Part shown: in pieces, positions 60,710-64,000 of the stretch
Layout: each line of letters begins with the position of its first letter
Position numbering within the stretch: the first letter of the stretch is position 1
DNA from: a virus
Lineage: Duplodnaviria; Caudoviricetes
Strand: one strand, 5' to 3'
Length of the DNA stretch: 64,000 nucleotides
IMG/VR virus record: IMGVR_UViG_3300032167_000004
Coordinates: 128,001-192,000 of that record
Notes under the pieces: generated by a model
Seen by the model: the letters and a program-made list of their open reading frames with translations, nothing else
Databases searched by the model: none
Told to the model about the DNA's origin: nothing
Made by a program: the position numbers and the translations under genes

Positions 60710-62482
60710 ATGAGCACACTTAATCTTAAAGAAGCATTAGAGCAAAAAGAAAAAGAATATAGTTTCTGTGATGATTTGTTTGGTATGACATTACTTACAA
60801 ATCCAGGATACATTAGTTCTAGTAGATCTCTAATGTTTACTAGTCATCTTAGACAGTTTGTTAATCTTGTCAATCCTGATATTCCTAAAGTATTTACTAA
60901 CTATGAAAATAGCGTTGGTAAATTATCTACAGGATATTATGAAGCAAAGCATAATTATGAAGTATATGCAAAAATTCCTAGATTTACAACAGAAGGATTA
61001 GATAATCATCTTTATTTGATGTTTATTTATGATAAGAAACATGATAAATATGATGTAATTACAAAAAGTGTTGTAGAAAATCTAACAGAAAAGTTTGGAT
61101 ATGGATATAATACTGAAGTAATGGATAATAAAGATGTTGGTGATGAAATTGATAAAGGAGAAGTTCTTTATAGATCAACATCTTATGATGAAGATATGAA
61201 CTATCGTTATGGTACAAATGTTAAAGTTATGTATGCATTAGATAATAACACGATTGAAGATGCTATCATTTGTTCCGAATCCTTTGCTAAAAGACTTGTT
61301 AGTAAAGAGATTGAAGAGGTTAAAGTTAGTCTTAATGACAATGACTTACTTTGTAATATCTATGGTGATAGTTCTAATTATAAAACTTTCCCTGATATTG
61401 GTGAATACACAAAAGATAAAATTCTTTGTGCAAAGCGTCGTATTCATAATAGTCAGGTTTTATATGATTTGAAGAAATCTAATCTTAGAAAGATTAATTT
61501 TATGAATGATAACTTATATTATATTGATGGTAAGATTGTTGATATAGTTATCTATTCAAATAAAACATTGGATGAAATTCCTGATAATACTTTTAATAAT
61601 CAAATTAGAAAATATCTAATTATGCAAAATGAATTTTATCAAAAAGTATATGACACTTGTAAAGAGATTATTAAAAGTGGTAGTAAGTATAGTAATGATA
61701 TTGCTTATTATTTTAAGAAAGCAAAAGATATATTAGATGAAAATACTAAATGGAGAGAAGAATCCTCTGTATTTAGTAATATTGTTATTGAATTTCTTGT
61801 TGAAAGAGATTCACCTCTTACTATTGGACAAAAGATTTCTGGACGACAGGGTAATAAGGGTGTCGTAAGTAAAATTTTACCAGATGATCAAATGCCATAT
61901 CTTGAAAATGGGGAAAAGGTAGAAGTGATTTTAAATAGTTTGGGTGTAATCAACAGACTCAACCCTATGCAGATATACGAGCTTAGCATTAATTTTATCT
62001 GTAATCGAGTTGTAGATAAATTAAAAACTTATACTACACTAAAAGAAAAAGAAACATTATTCTTTGATATTATTAAACGATTCAATGAAGATGAAGAGAA
62101 AGTATTAAAGATTTATTATAAAAATTTAAAGACTAAAGAAAAGAAAGAATTCTTTGAAGATATCTTTAAGAATGGTATTTATATTCATATGCGTCCTTTC
62201 TGGGAAGAAAAAGAAGCATTATTTGATATCATTAGAGATATTTATAAAGATTATGATTTTATTAAACCTGTTGATGTTTATATTAATAAATGGGGTAGAA
62301 AGATTAAGATTATGAAACCTTTGATTGTTAGTGATCTTTATATGATTAAACTGAAGCAATCTTCTAAGAAAGGTTTCTCTGCAAGATCTACAGGTTCTCT
62401 TAATAGAAGAGGTATTCCTGATAAGAGTTATAAGAATAAAGTTCATCAAGATCTGTATTCTAGCACACCGATACGCATCGGC
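60710..62482 (+). CDS. Phage RNA polymerase beta subunit, C-terminal half (probably non-virion RNAP), exon 1
   Basis: [61 protein letters not shown]. Confidence 0.9.
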
Positions 62483-62716
62483 TTGATCGAGAACCGATGT
62501 AAAACTCTCTTAATTGCTGGAAAATCCTTATAGGACAATCAGCAGCCAAGACTTATTTTAGTAAGTAAGGTTCAACGACTATAAAAATTATAAATATAAT
62601 TTTAATGGAGAGCTTCTTATAAAAAGAATGAAGATATAGTCTAATCTATATAGATAATATATAGTAGTTATTAAGTTAACAGTATAGAATTAATCATTCT
62701 ATATGAATATATAATG
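62483..62716 (+). mobile_element. ORF-less 234-nt group I intron in RNAP beta
   Basis: Same core as the other two introns (AAACTCTCTTAATTGCTGGAA, GACAATCAGCAGCCAAG, AAGGTTCAACGACTA, AAGATATAGTCT); removal gives RIG-DQE in frame. Confidence 0.88.
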
Positions 62717-63193
62717 GATCAAGAAAATATAAACTCACTTATCGGTGTTGACCCTGAAACTGTTGCCAAGTTACATCTATATTATAGATCTAGTGTAATT
62801 GGTAGAAGAGATATCGGTAAACAATTAGCTAGTACAATTAAAACTCTTAAAGATTTTAAGAAGAGTGGTAATTTTACTAATAGAAATGTAGAAATTCTTC
62901 AAGCATATTTTAAAGCTATGGGTATCAGAATTAAATTCTTGGGAGAATATGAGATTCCTATTTATACTGATACATTAGAATCTTTTGAAACTGATACTGC
63001 TTATTTTATTGGTACTAGATCTCAGTATGAAGATGAAGTATTAAAAGAAAAGATTCGTAAGAAATATAGTGAAGATGTATGTTTTGTTGGTACAAATGAA
63101 GAATTTGAAGAATTACTTGAAAAAGAATTCGAATATGAAAAACTTCATAGAGATTACTATTGTATTGATATTAACGTTGAAGAAGATAAATAA
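62717..63193 (+). CDS. RNA polymerase beta subunit exon 2 (spliced product about 749 aa)
   Basis: DQENINSLIG..YRSS..RNVEILQAYFKAMGIRIKF matches the RpoB C-terminus. Confidence 0.82.
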   Translation, partial: DQENINSLIGVDPETVAKLHLYYRSSVIGRRDIGKQLASTIKTLKDFKKSGNFTNRNVEILQAYFKAMGIRIKFLGEYEIPIYTDTLESFETDTAYFIGTRSQYEDEVLKEKIRKKYSEDVCFVGTNEEFEELLEKEFEYEKLHRDYYCIDINVEEDK

Positions 63194-63202
63194 TTAATAA
63201 AT

Positions 63203-63237
63203 ATAGAGATATATAGGATAATCCTATATATCTCTAT
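63203..63237. terminator. Hairpin terminator
   Basis: ATAGAGATATATAGGAT-A-ATCCTATATATCTCTAT. Confidence 0.65.
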
Positions 63238-63304
63238 TAATAGTTTATTCAGTTATTTTAAGTATATATTATTATAGTAATATAATAATGGGAGTGATAA
63301 ATAT

Positions 63305-63583
63305 ATGGAAGAGTTAATTTGTTTATTAATGATTGTTGGAATGATTGGTTTAATTTTATTACAGGCTAAGCATGACCCGGAAATGAAATACAACGAAGAT
63401 TGCAATAATAATTATGAGGCAGATTACATTAAGAGTTCTCTGGTAATTACATATGAAAGTGATATACCTGATAAAAGAGAACGTATTGTAGAACTCTTAA
63501 TACTTTTGAATAGGATTGAAGAAACAGATTCATTTCTTGAGCGATATGATCATATTCGAGACTATATATTTAGCATGACCTGA
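63305..63583 (+). CDS. Small membrane-anchored early protein
   Basis: N-terminal TM helix (LICLLMIVGMIGLILL); early motif 63260-63272. Confidence 0.55.
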   Translation: MEELICLLMIVGMIGLILLQAKHDPEMKYNEDCNNNYEADYIKSSLVITYESDIPDKRERIVELLILLNRIEETDSFLERYDHIRDYIFSMT

Positions 63584-63626
63584 AAATAAAAAAAATAATT
63601 TTTAATCAAAAAGGAGAATAACACAA

Positions 63627-64000
63627 ATGGCTAAAAGAAACATCGTTAAAAAGAGTACAGTTGATCAGATTGAAAGACTGATCAAGGAACATGGAGTAGT
63701 CGGTATGATGGATACCGATGAGTACAACAATATGATTACCCGGAACTTTCTCAATAAACTTGAGAAAGACAATATGAGAACCATCATCGCAATGGTCAAT
63801 GATGGTAAATCTTATGATGAGATCCGGTTTGTTGTTGAGGGTGGAGAACATTCTCAGAATAAATCTGATCCTGTAGAAGAAGCTACTAAGGATTTTATGA
63901 TTTCTATGTCTGCAGTAGTTTTATCTGAACCTCCTGAAATTATTATCGGTGGAGTTGACGATGTTGAAGAAGAGCCTGAAGAAGTTGAACGTGTAGAAGC
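63627..64000 (+). CDS. Hypothetical protein, partial (runs off window end)
   Basis: RBS AAGGAG, MAKRNIVKKSTVDQIERLIKEHG..., open to 64000. Confidence 0.65.
   Translation, partial: MAKRNIVKKSTVDQIERLIKEHGVVGMMDTDEYNNMITRNFLNKLEKDNMRTIIAMVNDGKSYDEIRFVVEGGEHSQNKSDPVEEATKDFMISMSAVVLSEPPEIIIGGVDDVEEEPEEVERVE

Noticed and set aside
62483-62533. RNAP ORF tail [16 protein letters not shown] and a separate gene at 62714
   Set aside because: Read-through into the intron; the ATG at 62714 includes the intron terminal G and has no RBS
273-63851. Many short opposite-strand or nested ORFs in the track (for example 273-464, 2897-3240, 14599-15306, 31465-31920, 39141-39629, 55845-56351, 63606-63851)
   Set aside because: Shadows of real genes with no RBS or motifs
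1-64000. CRISPR array, tRNA or rRNA genes
   Set aside because: No regularly spaced repeat-spacer units or cloverleaf/rRNA signatures seen; the repeats are coding modules or hairpins
1-64000. Stop-codon reassignment (code 15 or 4)
   Set aside because: Genes are full length in code 11; the breaks are explained by introns and one frameshift

Overview
AT-rich segment of a jumbo phage genome of the phiKZ/AR9(PBS1)-like type, with split phage-encoded multisubunit RNA polymerases. The host is probably a Firmicute (Clostridia-like Shine-Dalgarno sites, Amidase_2+SPOR endolysin, Firmicutes-type tail modules). Positions 1-25.8 kb hold a minus-strand block of mosaic tail fibre/adhesin genes built from shuffled repeats. 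It also contains holin-like genes, a papain-like protease, two IMC-chaperone proteins, a 2126-aa CotH/LRR/lectin giant and an orphan DGR-type target gene. Positions 25.8-64 kb hold core genes: a virion RNAP beta fragment, gyrA/gyrB, DHH phosphoesterase, a Tad2-like anti-Thoeris sponge, Dda-like and DnaB helicases, SbcD, a PD-(D/E)XK nuclease, a MazF-like nuclease, tubulin (PhuZ/TubZ-like), RecA and a non-virion RNAP beta. Three related group I introns can be delimited by hand: in gyrA (HNH endonuclease), in RNAP beta (ORF-less, apparent C·A splice-site pair) and in the tubulin gene. The tubulin intron carries a transposase-less TnpB in its P9.1 loop under a phage early promoter, a candidate RNA-guided homing intron and the top finding. 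Other highlights are an endolysin that needs a +1 shift at CCC-UAA, a candidate late anti-RBS small RNA, and AR9-like early and late promoter motifs. All calls come from motif recognition and manual pairing; no searches were run.
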